64,000 bases of DNA, taken from positions 310,001 to 374,000 of the forward strand of contig JBLDXI010000033.1 of assembly GCA_047495785.1 (NCBI GenBank), written 5' to 3'. Position 1 is the stretch's first letter; the number at the start of each line of letters is the position of its first letter. Positions 45,335-55,860 of the stretch are shown in pieces. The notes beneath the pieces were generated by a model that made no database searches, was not told where the DNA came from, and saw only the letters and a list, made by a program, of their open reading frames with translations. The stretch is from Lepidodermella squamata (Eukaryota > Animalia > Gastrotricha). A program made the translations under genes and the position numbers.

Positions 45335-46820
45335 TGGACCCACATCTTTTCATCGGAACAATAAAAACTTTCATCGTACTCTTTTTCATTAAGCCATCGG
45401 AAATACAGTTTTTCAGAAAATTTCGCATTAAACCATCGGAATCGGAAACATGCATTATTCCATCGGAACACTCGATTATTTCATCGGAACACGCCATTAA
45501 TTCATCGGAAAAGGGTTCTATAGGTTTAGTTGTCATATTTCAAGATTACTTTATTGATAAAAAATGAAATTGTTGCGAAATTACGCCTCAGATGATGAGG
45601 CAGAAGGTAGGGGCCGATCAATTCTATTTCGAAGCCGCTGATAAGGATAGGATGACCTCGAAATCGTTGATAAGTCGCCTTAATTGTGAATTCGACGAGC
45701 AGCCAGCGAAAAAAAGGAGAAAAGCCTTTTTGGACCGTGGTGATTTCTTGAAATTTTCTTCTCAAATTGCTAACAGCGGCCAAGTGCTTTCAAGTCGATG
45801 CGATCCACAAGGTCATCCAAGACAAGACATCAAGACGGCTATTATCCCGTGTTTCGTGCATGAGATGTTAAGTCTATGTGTTACTTACATATGAAGTTTA
45901 ACTGCCGCAAATGGTTCGGAAGTAAGTGCTTTATTTGTTTTTCCGATGGTTTCAGTCAGTAATTTGTTGTTACAGCGGGTGGAATTAAGCTTTGGTACGC
46001 GGTCCACGAAGCTTTCGTCCAACTGGCGAAAGATTACAACGAGGCGATTTCCGACGATTTCAGACGATAATATTAATTAATTTGCTCTTTGCAGTTCCTA
46101 GTGTTATGGCTATCGACGAATGATGATCTTAGGGCTATTCCTAATGCTTACGTTTACGAAGACTTCAATAAGTAATTCGAGCCAATTTATATCTATGGTC
46201 CGCTGTCGTGTTTGTATGATGCTGATATTATAATAATAATAACGCTCAATAACTAATAACGCAAATGAATCGCTGAATAATCGGCTAACGGCTGAAGGAA
46301 CTGATAGGACTGTCCCGCCCTCACTGCATTTCTCTCGAAAACCGACGATGTCATCAATCACTGGGTTTCTGAAACATTTGGTTGCTGAGCCTAGACGTGG
46401 TCGCGGGCGTGGTCGTAGTACGGCTTTTGTTCCAGCCCAAGCTGAACCTGTGGTTTCTGAACCAAGGCGTGGTCGTAGTCGGTTGACAGCTATCACATCG
46501 ATTTCTGTTGACGAAACCGTCTGTAGCAGAGGTCGAGGTCGTGGCAAACTTACCAGCTTTGTTTTTGTCGACGTAGGAAAAACACGGAGGGCTAGCAACT
46601 CGAAATACGGGCCGGGGTTGAAATTTTAAAACAGCTTTCTAATTATTTGTCGAAAATCAGTATCTTAAAGTGTCGGAATATACTGTTATTGAAATGAAGC
46701 TTTTCCGATGAAATAATGCATTTTTGATGGCGAAATATTTATTCCGATGGTTCCGATGGTTTCAGATAAAAATGGTACGATGAAAGTAATTATTGTTCCG
46801 ATGATTTGAAGTTACTTCCA
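45335..46820. mobile_element. MULE/Mutator-like non-autonomous DNA transposon
   Basis: Long imperfect TIRs (catcggaacaataa..actttcatcgtac at both ends, inverted), repeated CATCGGAA subterminal motifs, and a 9-bp TSD-like flank atcaatcaa/atcaatcat. Internal ORF fragments only. Confidence 0.6.
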
Positions 46821-46875
46821 ATCAATCATGTAACGCAGTCAAAAGAGGATAATGCGTCTTTATTCACCTTGATTT

Positions 46876-47902
46876 CTATAGGTCGCGGTAAGCCTTAACT
46901 CCAATGCAGTCTTCAATAGTTACAGGAATAAGCCCTGAAGCTGCAACAAGAGCCAAGTATTCATCACTAGCTTCTAATGTTGAAGGAACGTCGTTAGACA
47001 TCAAAACGATGTAAGACTTTTCAAATCGATGCGGGTCGTCTAAAATACATCGCTGAAAGGTTTGAACGGTATGCCAGGAATCCTGGTAAACTCTATCCTT
47101 CGCATCAACATTAGCATCAACCGCTACGTAACCCATCTTCTCAATCTCAGATTTGGCAAGGGCGCTGTAGTCAAGATACGGGGGCCTCATATAGACAGGC
47201 CGTTTGCCTGTGGCTGAGAAAATAGCGGATTCGGCCATCTCCATCTCTGATTTTATTTCATTTGGCGGCAGACTGCTCAGATTCGCGTGGCTGAATGTGT
47301 GAGAACCAATGACGTGCCCTTCAGCAACCATCCGCTTCAATAGGTTCTCTCGGCCCGTAATCTTGCGACCAATAACGAAAAATGTTGCCGGAATGCCATA
47401 ATGCTTGAGTTGATCGAGTAACCCGGAGACATAGAGCCTGAATGGGATCAAATTCAGTAAATAAATGGTTATTTTGTTTATTCATACGTTGGTCCATCGT
47501 CAAAAGTTAGAGCTATAACTCCCGGTCTATTGCAGCTTTCGTGGAGCTTTTTAAGACTAGGAGAATCGTCAATGAGTGGAGGAAGACTTGTTAACGGTTG
47601 AGACAAATTAGCTCCGTCTTTCCTGAAAGCAGTTCGTAAATCAAGATAGACTGAAGAGTAAACGAAACATACACTGAGGAATAACTATGGTTCGAAAATG
47701 GCTGGCATACATCTCCGAGACCTCTGAGCTGTCTCAGTCTCAAGTCGGCAAAATACTCAGCAAACGGATTACCCCGTCGGGCAAAAGGCGATGGAATGTG
47801 GACATTCAAAATGTAGAGAACTATAAGGCTAACAAACGCGGCGACCGGAAGTGACCACAACAGGGGCTTCCGGTACTTGGCTCCTGAGCTTTCACCAGCC
47901 AT
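46876..47902 (-). CDS. Type II membrane-anchored polysaccharide (chitin/peptidoglycan) deacetylase, CE4/NodB family (exons 47902-47673, 47622-47488, 47437-46876)
   Basis: The spliced protein has an N-terminal TM and motifs IALTFDDGP, ATFFVIG, GSHTFSH, MRPPY and DAKD. Two 50-bp phase-2 GT-AG introns. Confidence 0.88.
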
Positions 47903-48066
47903 TATAAATTTTGATGAACTGAATATTATACGTACGATGGAGCGCCGAGTTTCATGGTTGGTTGTTACCCAAGCGAAAACAACAAAGCTAGCATGTGTAT
48001 ATGAATTGAACGCATCGTTGAAGTGGAAATTTCGAGTGATTAATTGATGAGCATAAAAAAGGCTGA

Positions 48067-49257
48067 ATGATGAAACCTCGATTTCTTTCGATAATAAAGA
48101 ATGAAATGATTTCGATTTTAATATTAATTTTCGTATCAGTGACATTCGCAGATAATGTGCTGGACAATGCAGTTCGTCGGTACCAGTTACAGCTTTTGAC
48201 GGAGTGTTCGCAAGTAGCGAGTGATGTCTACTCCCCTACTTGCATTGCAGGCGGCAATCAACGTTCATCGTCTTGCCAGCCTACAAATCTATCAATCATC
48301 ATGCAACCCGGTCATTTCCAGGGCATCAATGACAAAGCAGCTCTATTCTCCTTTTCTGGGTCCATCAGTGTCTCTTGGAATGTATCATGCTCTAATTATT
48401 CATACCCGAGGCAAAAGTATCACTATCTCCTGCAAAACGCGTTCTGGAAGCCCAATGTAAACCACAAGAATACATTGGATAACTATGGAATGGTTGATGG
48501 ATTCAACAATAAGCTACTCGTGAGGTTGCTCAGTAACGGAACGCTTGAATTCAGCTATCAGCTATACGGTGTTTTCGTCTCCAAATGCCATTTATTCTAC
48601 ATATTTTTCCCGTTCGACGTTCAAAATTGCTCGGTTGAATTCGCGACTCAAGAACTGGACAATGCTGTTTCTTTTTCTCAAGCTAAACTAGTCGTAAAAG
48701 ATGATTTTATCAGCGACATTTCAAGCTGGTCTCTCATAGGTTCGACTTATAATATAGGTAGAATTTTTGATAGGCTCGGAAATCGTAGTCGAGTTTTATT
48801 TTTCTTCAACCTCAAGCGTGCCCCGGATTATTATTTGAATCATTTTTTTGTCCTGAGCTTGCTGTTTTCAATTTTAAGTCTTGGATCTATCTTTTTGATG
48901 CCACATCATGTTCATTCCCGTTGCTTGTTCAGCATCACCATGTTACTTGCACAGTCTTATCTTCAGGAACATATTACAAGTCATATTCCAGAGAAACCTG
49001 AGCGGATGTTTCTCGGTGACTATACAGACCTAGGAATCCTTTACTCGTCCGTTGTAACGTTGTACAACCTAATTTCTTGCGCTGCAATATTCGCAAGGCC
49101 CGATTATTTTGAAGAAAAGATTTTTCTATTTACGAACACCCATAAAATACCAAGGTATAGGCTTTTTGACTGTTTTGCTCTCATAGGTGGCATTTGGCTC
49201 TTCATTGCAATCAATTCTTATGCTTTGAAATTAGCCAGAGATGTAGGCTTTCTTTGA
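48067..49257 (+). CDS. Divergent intronless Cys-loop LGIC subunit (LGIC-11; start 48067 or 48106)
   Basis: CHLFYIFFPFDVQNC; atypical M2 HSRCLFSITMLLAQ. Confidence 0.88.
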   Translation: MMKPRFLSIIKNEMISILILIFVSVTFADNVLDNAVRRYQLQLLTECSQVASDVYSPTCIAGGNQRSSSCQPTNLSIIMQPGHFQGINDKAALFSFSGSISVSWNVSCSNYSYPRQKYHYLLQNAFWKPNVNHKNTLDNYGMVDGFNNKLLVRLLSNGTLEFSYQLYGVFVSKCHLFYIFFPFDVQNCSVEFATQELDNAVSFSQAKLVVKDDFISDISSWSLIGSTYNIGRIFDRLGNRSRVLFFFNLKRAPDYYLNHFFVLSLLFSILSLGSIFLMPHHVHSRCLFSITMLLAQSYLQEHITSHIPEKPERMFLGDYTDLGILYSSVVTLYNLISCAAIFARPDYFEEKIFLFTNTHKIPRYRLFDCFALIGGIWLFIAINSYALKLARDVGFL

Positions 49258-49402
49258 ATTGAACAAGGAACACTCAATGTAACCATTAAGCTCTTGAGAA
49301 TGATCTCGATTTACCGAGGACACGGTAATCCATAATTCAAGCATGCTTTTAAAGATCGAATGTGCATACATATTTTCGATGCTTTGATATTTTGTGAATA
49401 AA

Positions 49403-50548
49403 ATGCTGTTAAACCTATTTATCGCATTCGTTTTCTCGGTGACTGTGGAAGGCAATGACGATCAGCTCACAATACTACTACGGCAACAAATGGCTGAATT
49501 GATGCAGAATTGTTCACAGATGTCTCCGGAATTCTACGCCCCAACCTGCCCAGATGGAACTTCAGCCCCCTGCAAGCAAACTGGCCTGAGTATTGTCATG
49601 TATCCCGACTCTCTGCAGAACATCGATAATGTCAATGAAAAATTTGCAATCTCTGGCTCTATTCGAATCGGCTGGAATGTCTCATGCCTGAAATCTCGCC
49701 GCAGTCGGGAAAAGACGATCTACGTTATTCCAGAGATGTTTTGGAGGCCTAACGTTAACCATCAAAATACAGTGGATAATTATGGCATGGTCGATGGCTT
49801 CAGCAATAGGTTGCTCGTTAAACTCACTTCATCCGGAATTGTAGAATTCACATGGACTTTGTACGGAGTTTTCAACTCGAAATGCGACATGGTCTACGCA
49901 GTTTTCCCGTATGATGTTCAAACGTGTGAAATCGACTTCACTCTACAAGAAGATGCAAGTGCCGTTGGTTTCACGACAGCTAGAATTGAAGTTAGTCCAG
50001 ACTTTGCACCTGATTCCGATAGCTGGGTTTTGGTGCAAACGGATTCGAAGACAGGACTTGTTGATATACTCGGAAACCATAGCGCCGTTATTTTCAGCTT
50101 CCGATTTCGTAGGAGACCTTACTTTTACATCAACCATTTGATAATGCCCTGTTGCCTCCTTTCCGCACTGAGTTTAGTCTCGCTATGCATAGTCCCGATG
50201 TTGCCTGACAGACCGATGTTCAGTGTAAATATAATGCTGGCTCAGACCTTACTTCAAGGCGAAATTCTGAGTTACGTGCCTGATAAACCAGAACGGATTT
50301 TCCTTAGCAACTACACGGATTTAGGAACTCTGTTTTCAGCCTTTATCACACTGTATTCCCTAGTCAGTTGTGGTTATGTGCACGCTTTTCCGAAATGGTT
50401 TGAAGAAGAGGTTCAGCTGACTAGCTCATTTCATAGAATATCGCGTTATCGAATTTTCGACTATGTTGTTCTGGTTTGTGGTATTTGGTTTTTTGTCGGG
50501 ATCAATGCCTATGCAATTAGGATTGCACTCATCACAGGAAATATATAG
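49403..50548 (+). CDS. Divergent intronless Cys-loop LGIC subunit (LGIC-12; paralog of LGIC-11)
   Basis: CDMVYAVFPYDVQTC; M2 PDRPMFSVNIMLAQ. Confidence 0.9.
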   Translation: MLLNLFIAFVFSVTVEGNDDQLTILLRQQMAELMQNCSQMSPEFYAPTCPDGTSAPCKQTGLSIVMYPDSLQNIDNVNEKFAISGSIRIGWNVSCLKSRRSREKTIYVIPEMFWRPNVNHQNTVDNYGMVDGFSNRLLVKLTSSGIVEFTWTLYGVFNSKCDMVYAVFPYDVQTCEIDFTLQEDASAVGFTTARIEVSPDFAPDSDSWVLVQTDSKTGLVDILGNHSAVIFSFRFRRRPYFYINHLIMPCCLLSALSLVSLCIVPMLPDRPMFSVNIMLAQTLLQGEILSYVPDKPERIFLSNYTDLGTLFSAFITLYSLVSCGYVHAFPKWFEEEVQLTSSFHRISRYRIFDYVVLVCGIWFFVGINAYAIRIALITGNI

Positions 50549-50645
50549 CCTAGATCCTACATTATTTGACCAACTAATGACTCAAGATTTTGAATAAATT
50601 CAGACATCCAATTCTGGGCATTTTGGCGCTTTACAGATTTATTCA

Positions 50646-51812
50646 ATGAAACTTATCTACTTTGTCGCGATTTTCTCGATTTCTTGGGCTTACGCCGTTC
50701 AAGATTTGTACAGCATTCCTGCGGGGAGAATTGCCGAACTTCTAACGAACTGCAGTCACGTGATGGCTCAATCCTACGTCCCAAATTGTCCCAATGCTCA
50801 TTTTGACTTCGGGATCGGGCCACCTTACTGCAACCTCACCAATGTCACCGCTATTGTGAACATCGAGAATTTCTACGACATCAATGAAGTTCAAGAAACG
50901 TGGACAGTTACAGGATCCGTGCGGCTAAGCTGGGAAAGTCTTTGCTCCGATTTCTACTGGCCAGATCGTCAACTCATTTTCTACGTTGAAGAAGGCTTAG
51001 TTTGGAAACCACGAGTCAACCACAAAAACACTGTCAACAATTACGGAATGATTGACGGTTTCGCTAGTAGGATGTATTGTAAAATGACGAAAAACTACAC
51101 ATTATCCTTTGTTTGGCAACGCTACGGCATTCTATCTTCTACCTGTTCCATGGATTTGGAGAGGTTTCCTTTTGATCAGCAAACTTGCTTCATCGTCCTA
51201 ATGCTTCAAGAAGCCTTCAATGGGGTCAGATTCGTTCAGACCGTCTTGAAACTTCAACCAGATTTCATTCACAACGGGCAAGGTTGGCATTTCATCAATT
51301 CCAGTGCTGAGCCGAGGATGATGAACGTGGAGGGGAATAGGAGTATGGCTGTTTTCGCGCTGACCTTCAGACGACAGCCTGATTACTTCGTCTACAATTT
51401 GATGGCGCCTACTCTTCTCCTTACTTCATTGGAACTCTGCTCGTTCGCTATGGACCCGGATTTTCCTGATAGGCCAGCCTTTACTATGACCATACTACTT
51501 GCTTTGACTTTCCTCCAGTCGCAAATCTCAAACGATGTCCCGAAAAAGCCGACGCGCATTTTCTTGAGTAACTACTGTGACATTTGCGCGATAATTTCTT
51601 GGTCTTGCACATGCTACTCGCTCATCCTGTGCGGTTTCGCTAACGATGTTGCTTGGTGCAAAAAGCGGGTGAATTTTTCGCTCATCTTTGTTAGCGGCAA
51701 GCCGTGGAAAATTAAACGATCAAGAGTTTCTGACCTCGTGGCTGCGCTGTTTACGCTAGCTAGCCTTATTGGTGTTAATGTTCACGCTTACCGTATCGCA
51801 TCAGAAGTATGA
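50646..51812 (+). CDS. Divergent intronless Cys-loop LGIC subunit (LGIC-13)
   Basis: CSMDLERFPFDQQTC; M2 PDRPAFTMTILLAL. Confidence 0.9.
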   Translation: MKLIYFVAIFSISWAYAVQDLYSIPAGRIAELLTNCSHVMAQSYVPNCPNAHFDFGIGPPYCNLTNVTAIVNIENFYDINEVQETWTVTGSVRLSWESLCSDFYWPDRQLIFYVEEGLVWKPRVNHKNTVNNYGMIDGFASRMYCKMTKNYTLSFVWQRYGILSSTCSMDLERFPFDQQTCFIVLMLQEAFNGVRFVQTVLKLQPDFIHNGQGWHFINSSAEPRMMNVEGNRSMAVFALTFRRQPDYFVYNLMAPTLLLTSLELCSFAMDPDFPDRPAFTMTILLALTFLQSQISNDVPKKPTRIFLSNYCDICAIISWSCTCYSLILCGFANDVAWCKKRVNFSLIFVSGKPWKIKRSRVSDLVAALFTLASLIGVNVHAYRIASEV

Positions 51813-53569
51813 TCAATAATGAATAATATTGTGACAATCAGCCATCTTTCGGTTTTGAAGCATCTGAATATAGCGACGGGGCTACGAAACGTCGATACGA
51901 ACACAAATCTCGTATGACCATAAAACGGATCACAATAAACAGATGCGGCAATGTCACAACAGAAACAGCCTCAACTTGCCCAAGTGGGCCGCAGCGGCCC
52001 TTTTCATTTTCGAGCGAATTCTTTTTCATGTTTCATGTCCCCGCGGTGCTGTGAGACTGGCCTTTCTCGACTTTTCCTAACGTTTTGTGCGCATCTATTG
52101 CAAAAGAATAGCAGTCGTTTACTGTTTTGACGCTACAAGCATTTTTTTGATGGCCGGTGTGTCAAATTTTAGCTATTTTATAAACCAAAATTGAAAATCT
52201 TCGGCTAATCGCATCAAGTTAATAAAAATTGTTAGTGTAATGATTAATAAATCCCTAATTTGAATTTTCCAGTCTCCCCATGTAAAAAACTGAGAAAAGA
52301 CTGAGTATTGGGATTGTCAATGAGTTGATGAGAAGATATGAAGACTTCATGAGCAAATAAACCTGCGTAGATATACCCATATAAATGAATTATAGGAGCT
52401 GATTTAGGCGAAAAACAGCTCGTTATGGCGATATCCCGTTTGGTAAATGTAGGATGTAGGTTTTATTAATATTTCTTAAGTCTCGTAAGTAGAAAATATA
52501 TGTCAGCCGTCCGACTTTCGTCGCTGTGGCTCATGTGGTATAATGAGATATATATAATCAGATGTATATATCGTTAGCGACGCGCCAAAACAACCACTTC
52601 ACTATTTATAGCTTTTTTATAGAAAGTACGTTCGACTGTTGAACGTAAATTCAAATTACGATGAGTACGATCAGTGCTCAAAAAGACGAACGTACTCCTT
52701 CTTTACGTTCGGCTCGTCAAAGTACGATCGAATAAGTCATCAAAGTGGTTGTTTTGGCGATATGTATTTGTTATATTCTACTATTTGGTAATCGTGAAGT
52801 GCACCATATTGTGCGGGCCAAAACATTTTCGCCTGGACAACGAAGAATACGCGCCGCCAACGTCGGGTCCACTTCCGCACGTCCCTGCCAGCATGGCTTC
52901 TCGGATCAGACAACAACTGTGTCGATAGGTGTCGATGTTCTTATTTACACCTCGCCAACCAGAGGCCAGCCATGCAGGTGTGATTCATGCAACATGCTTG
53001 CCTTCAAGGGGCTTTCAACTATCAAACGATCCGTGTCCATGCTGGCAGCGACCCTGCGGAGTACCCGCCAACGCCGCGCACTCCTCGCCGCCCCGTTGTA
53101 TCGTTTGGACCTGCACAAAAGGAAACACAAATTAGTTGCAATCATATATAGGTTGTAATTAAACTATGTAACTATGTAACAAGTATGATAACCGTTACGA
53201 TAGGTGAGTTATTAAACATGTAGCGGAGTATACTGTGAAATATGGTGGATAAGACGGCTAATTAGTAATTATCCAATTTTCCGGGGCGATTTCTTCGTAG
53301 ACAATAAATGCTGGATTGTATTTTTTCAGTCGCCATGCTGGGCAGTGCTCGAGTAGATACTTTTGTTGCTTCTTATCGAACTTGCAAGTCGACACGTAAG
53401 CGATGCAGTCGGCCATGACTTTGCTGCTGTGGAAGGACCTTTCGATATACTTAGCGGACATTTTTTCGAAAGTGTCAGTGATGCAGGGCACACTTGAAAA
53501 TCCCGTTTGGAGTCAAGTGGATGGAAAGATCCATTACTTGCTTTATTACTTGCTCCTTTACTTATGCTT

Positions 53570-54077
53570 GATCGGAACAACGTCATCACTCAAAGTCTTG
53601 GGGTTTACTCTTGACAATAAATTGGGATTTAAGGAACATGTAAGGGGGGTGAAAAACAAATCACGTAGTGGCTTATTCGGACTGAGGATCGCTGCTAAAT
53701 ACCTTGATCGAAAGACTCTCAAACTCATGGCAAATGGCCTAATATTCTGCCACTTAATGTACTGCGATACCACTCAATCGCAGCTGGCACCGACCAAGCT
53801 CAGCAAACTACAACGTCGCCAAGACCAGGCCGTAAGAATCATTTGCCACGCACCGATGAACGCGGACCCAGCACCGCTCAGACAAAAACTCGGATGGCTG
53901 GATCTTGACGGAAAACGAAAAGTTCACCTGGCAACACTGATCTGGCGCTGCATTAATGGTGAGGCCCCGGTAGCCATAGCCAACTTCTTCAAACTTCGAA
54001 CCTCACCAATGGCTTCTAACCCGCAAACAAAACGCCCTCAAAGAACTCTCAAACATCCTAGAGGTGCCCAGGACTGA
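53570..54077 (+). mobile_element. 5'-truncated LINE remnant (CR1/L2-like RT C-terminal region)
   Basis: LKVLGFTLDNKLGFKEHV...LMYC...LQRRQDQAVRII...LGWL is the characteristic post-RT/thumb region of CR1/L2-group ORF2. Confidence 0.8.
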
Positions 54078-54205
54078 GCCAGCGATCATGGATCGGTGTT
54101 TGGCTCACCATGGATCGGTATTTTTGAATTCTCTCGCCGACCACATCCGCTCATAAAAAAATAAATAAAAATAAAATTACATTTTTCACATTATAAAAAG
54201 TTAAC

Positions 54206-54403
54206 ATATCGTTAGCGTCGTTGAATAACTCGGATTTAGGCTTGTATGCATCAATTTCAAGGTGATTGTTGACAAGTAATTAAGTCATTTGTTTTGGCTT
54301 CTTCATTCACGTTAGCAACACCGCGCTTTTTACTCGTCACCCGTCACATTTAAATAGTTTTAAACAAGCCTATATCCGAGTTATTCAACGACGCTAACGA
54401 TAT
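54206..54403. mobile_element. MITE (~200 bp)
   Basis: ~40-bp near-perfect TIR atatcgttagcgtcgttgaataactcggat..aggcttgt. Confidence 0.7.
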
Positions 54404-54745
54404 TGCCGAGTTTCTGGAACATGTTGACTGTATCATCGCTTCGGATAGGTAAATATCATCAGGAGCTTCACAATCAGCGCTGGAATATACTGCGACTTGC
54501 GGCTGATCATTCACCGGGGCTGTCTTATTTTACCCATCGGCTTAACTATATAACATAACATTTTCTTTATTCTTTATTTGATCATCTGCTCCTTTGAATA
54601 GAAAACATACAGCATCATTTACAATGATGAATACATATTATAGTAGAAAGAAAATGAGAGGGAGAAATAACGAATAAAATTTCACTCAGGTGAACCTAGA
54701 GTGCCGGGCGTGATGTTAAATTAATCCACGCCCAACGAAGCTTAC

Positions 54746-54791
54746 TGACTGACGCGACGATAGCAGCAAAAAGAGCCAACTTGGATAGCAT
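54746..54791 (-). pseudogene. Orphan signal-peptide exon of a third PAN-like gene copy
   Basis: MLSKLALFAAIVASV plus a gtaag donor and homologous 5' flank. The downstream exons are absent. Confidence 0.7.
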
Positions 54792-54910
54792 TTTCACGGT
54801 AATAGAAGATAGAATTAGACCGAAATTAAGATGAGAATTTAAGAAAATGACTGAATGTATAATAATCGCGAAAATGGTTTGGTTTTTTAGGCAAAGAAGC
54901 TATTTTTATC

Positions 54911-55764
54911 GTTATCCGGATCGTATTCTAAAATATGCCTTCTTAATAGCCGAATTATAAACTCATAAAACCTTCTACCAAGCAGGGTCCCCACTTGTCA
55001 AACACACAAGAGAAACTCAAAAAAGTTCAAGCAACACTTCAAAACGATTTTATTGAAAATCACAAAATCACATGGGGTGAAAATTGGGCAGAACTCCGGA
55101 AGAAAAAGCGCGCGACCGGTATCAAATCGGGCAGCATTCACCCCCGTCGAACAGCATTTGGCCATGAGCTCGTGAAAATCGGGCAGAACTCGTCCAGAAT
55201 TTCGCGAAATTTGGGCAGAATTCGTCCGGAAATTCGCGACAAAAGGCAGAATTCGTCCAGGATGTCGCGGGATCAAGCAAAATTCGGCCAGCTTTCGATG
55301 AAATCAAAGAGAGCTCAGGCAGCATTGGATCCCAGAAATGCAAGAAGATACAGAACGGCATGGTTCGAAAATCGAGCGATTCCTGACACCATGGCAAATA
55401 GCAGCCTTTCGTTCAAGACCGGATTTCGTCAATCGAGTTTGAAAGCACTCTGCAAACTGAGGCGTTGAAGGGTCGTTTGACAGTCGCAATAGCCATCCGA
55501 AGCCAACCGAGCAGAACCATCTTGCGTCGGACTGCCCAAATTTGTGATTCAGTAGCAGCATGCGAGAAATGCGGGAAATTCGATGTGAAAAACGAACCAA
55601 AAACTCGCAAAACGAAAAATGCGAGGAAAAAATGAGCAAGACACAAATTTCAGGATTTTTTTAAGTTGGATCTTTTAATTTCAAATAAAAGCAATAGAAA
55701 TTCAGTGAGAGTGTGCCATACAATACTAGTAACCCTGAAAGTTTTACGATACGACCCGGATAAC
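54911..55764. mobile_element. Non-autonomous TIR element inserted in the promoter of the PAN pseudogene
   Basis: TIRs gttatccggatcgtattctaaaa / ttttacgatacgacccggataac; internal ~31-bp repeats (gggcagaa(c/t)tcgtcc). It interrupts sequence that is contiguous in the two intact copies. Confidence 0.6.
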
Positions 55765-55775
55765 ACACGGAAAGC

Positions 55776-55860
55776 ACGGAAGGCATGAAGGGTATATGGG
55801 TTTAAAATCGCCTTTTTTAAAATCGCGATTTTAAACCCTTATACCCTTCATGCCTTCCGT
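55776..55860. repeat. ~85-bp hairpin / mini foldback
   Basis: acggaaggcatgaagggtata.gggtttaaaatcgc...gcgattttaaaccc.tatacccttcatgccttccgt. Confidence 0.7.

Noticed and set aside
46110-46629. RPRPR/RGRGR ORFs as host genes
   Set aside because: Low-complexity repeats inside the MULE-like element.
52674-53560. Short ORFs next to the LINE fragment
   Set aside because: Probably decayed retroelement sequence; no motif I can identify with confidence.
54995-55646. Overlapping 77-157 aa ORFs
   Set aside because: They arise from the internal repeats of a non-autonomous element and show no domain signal.
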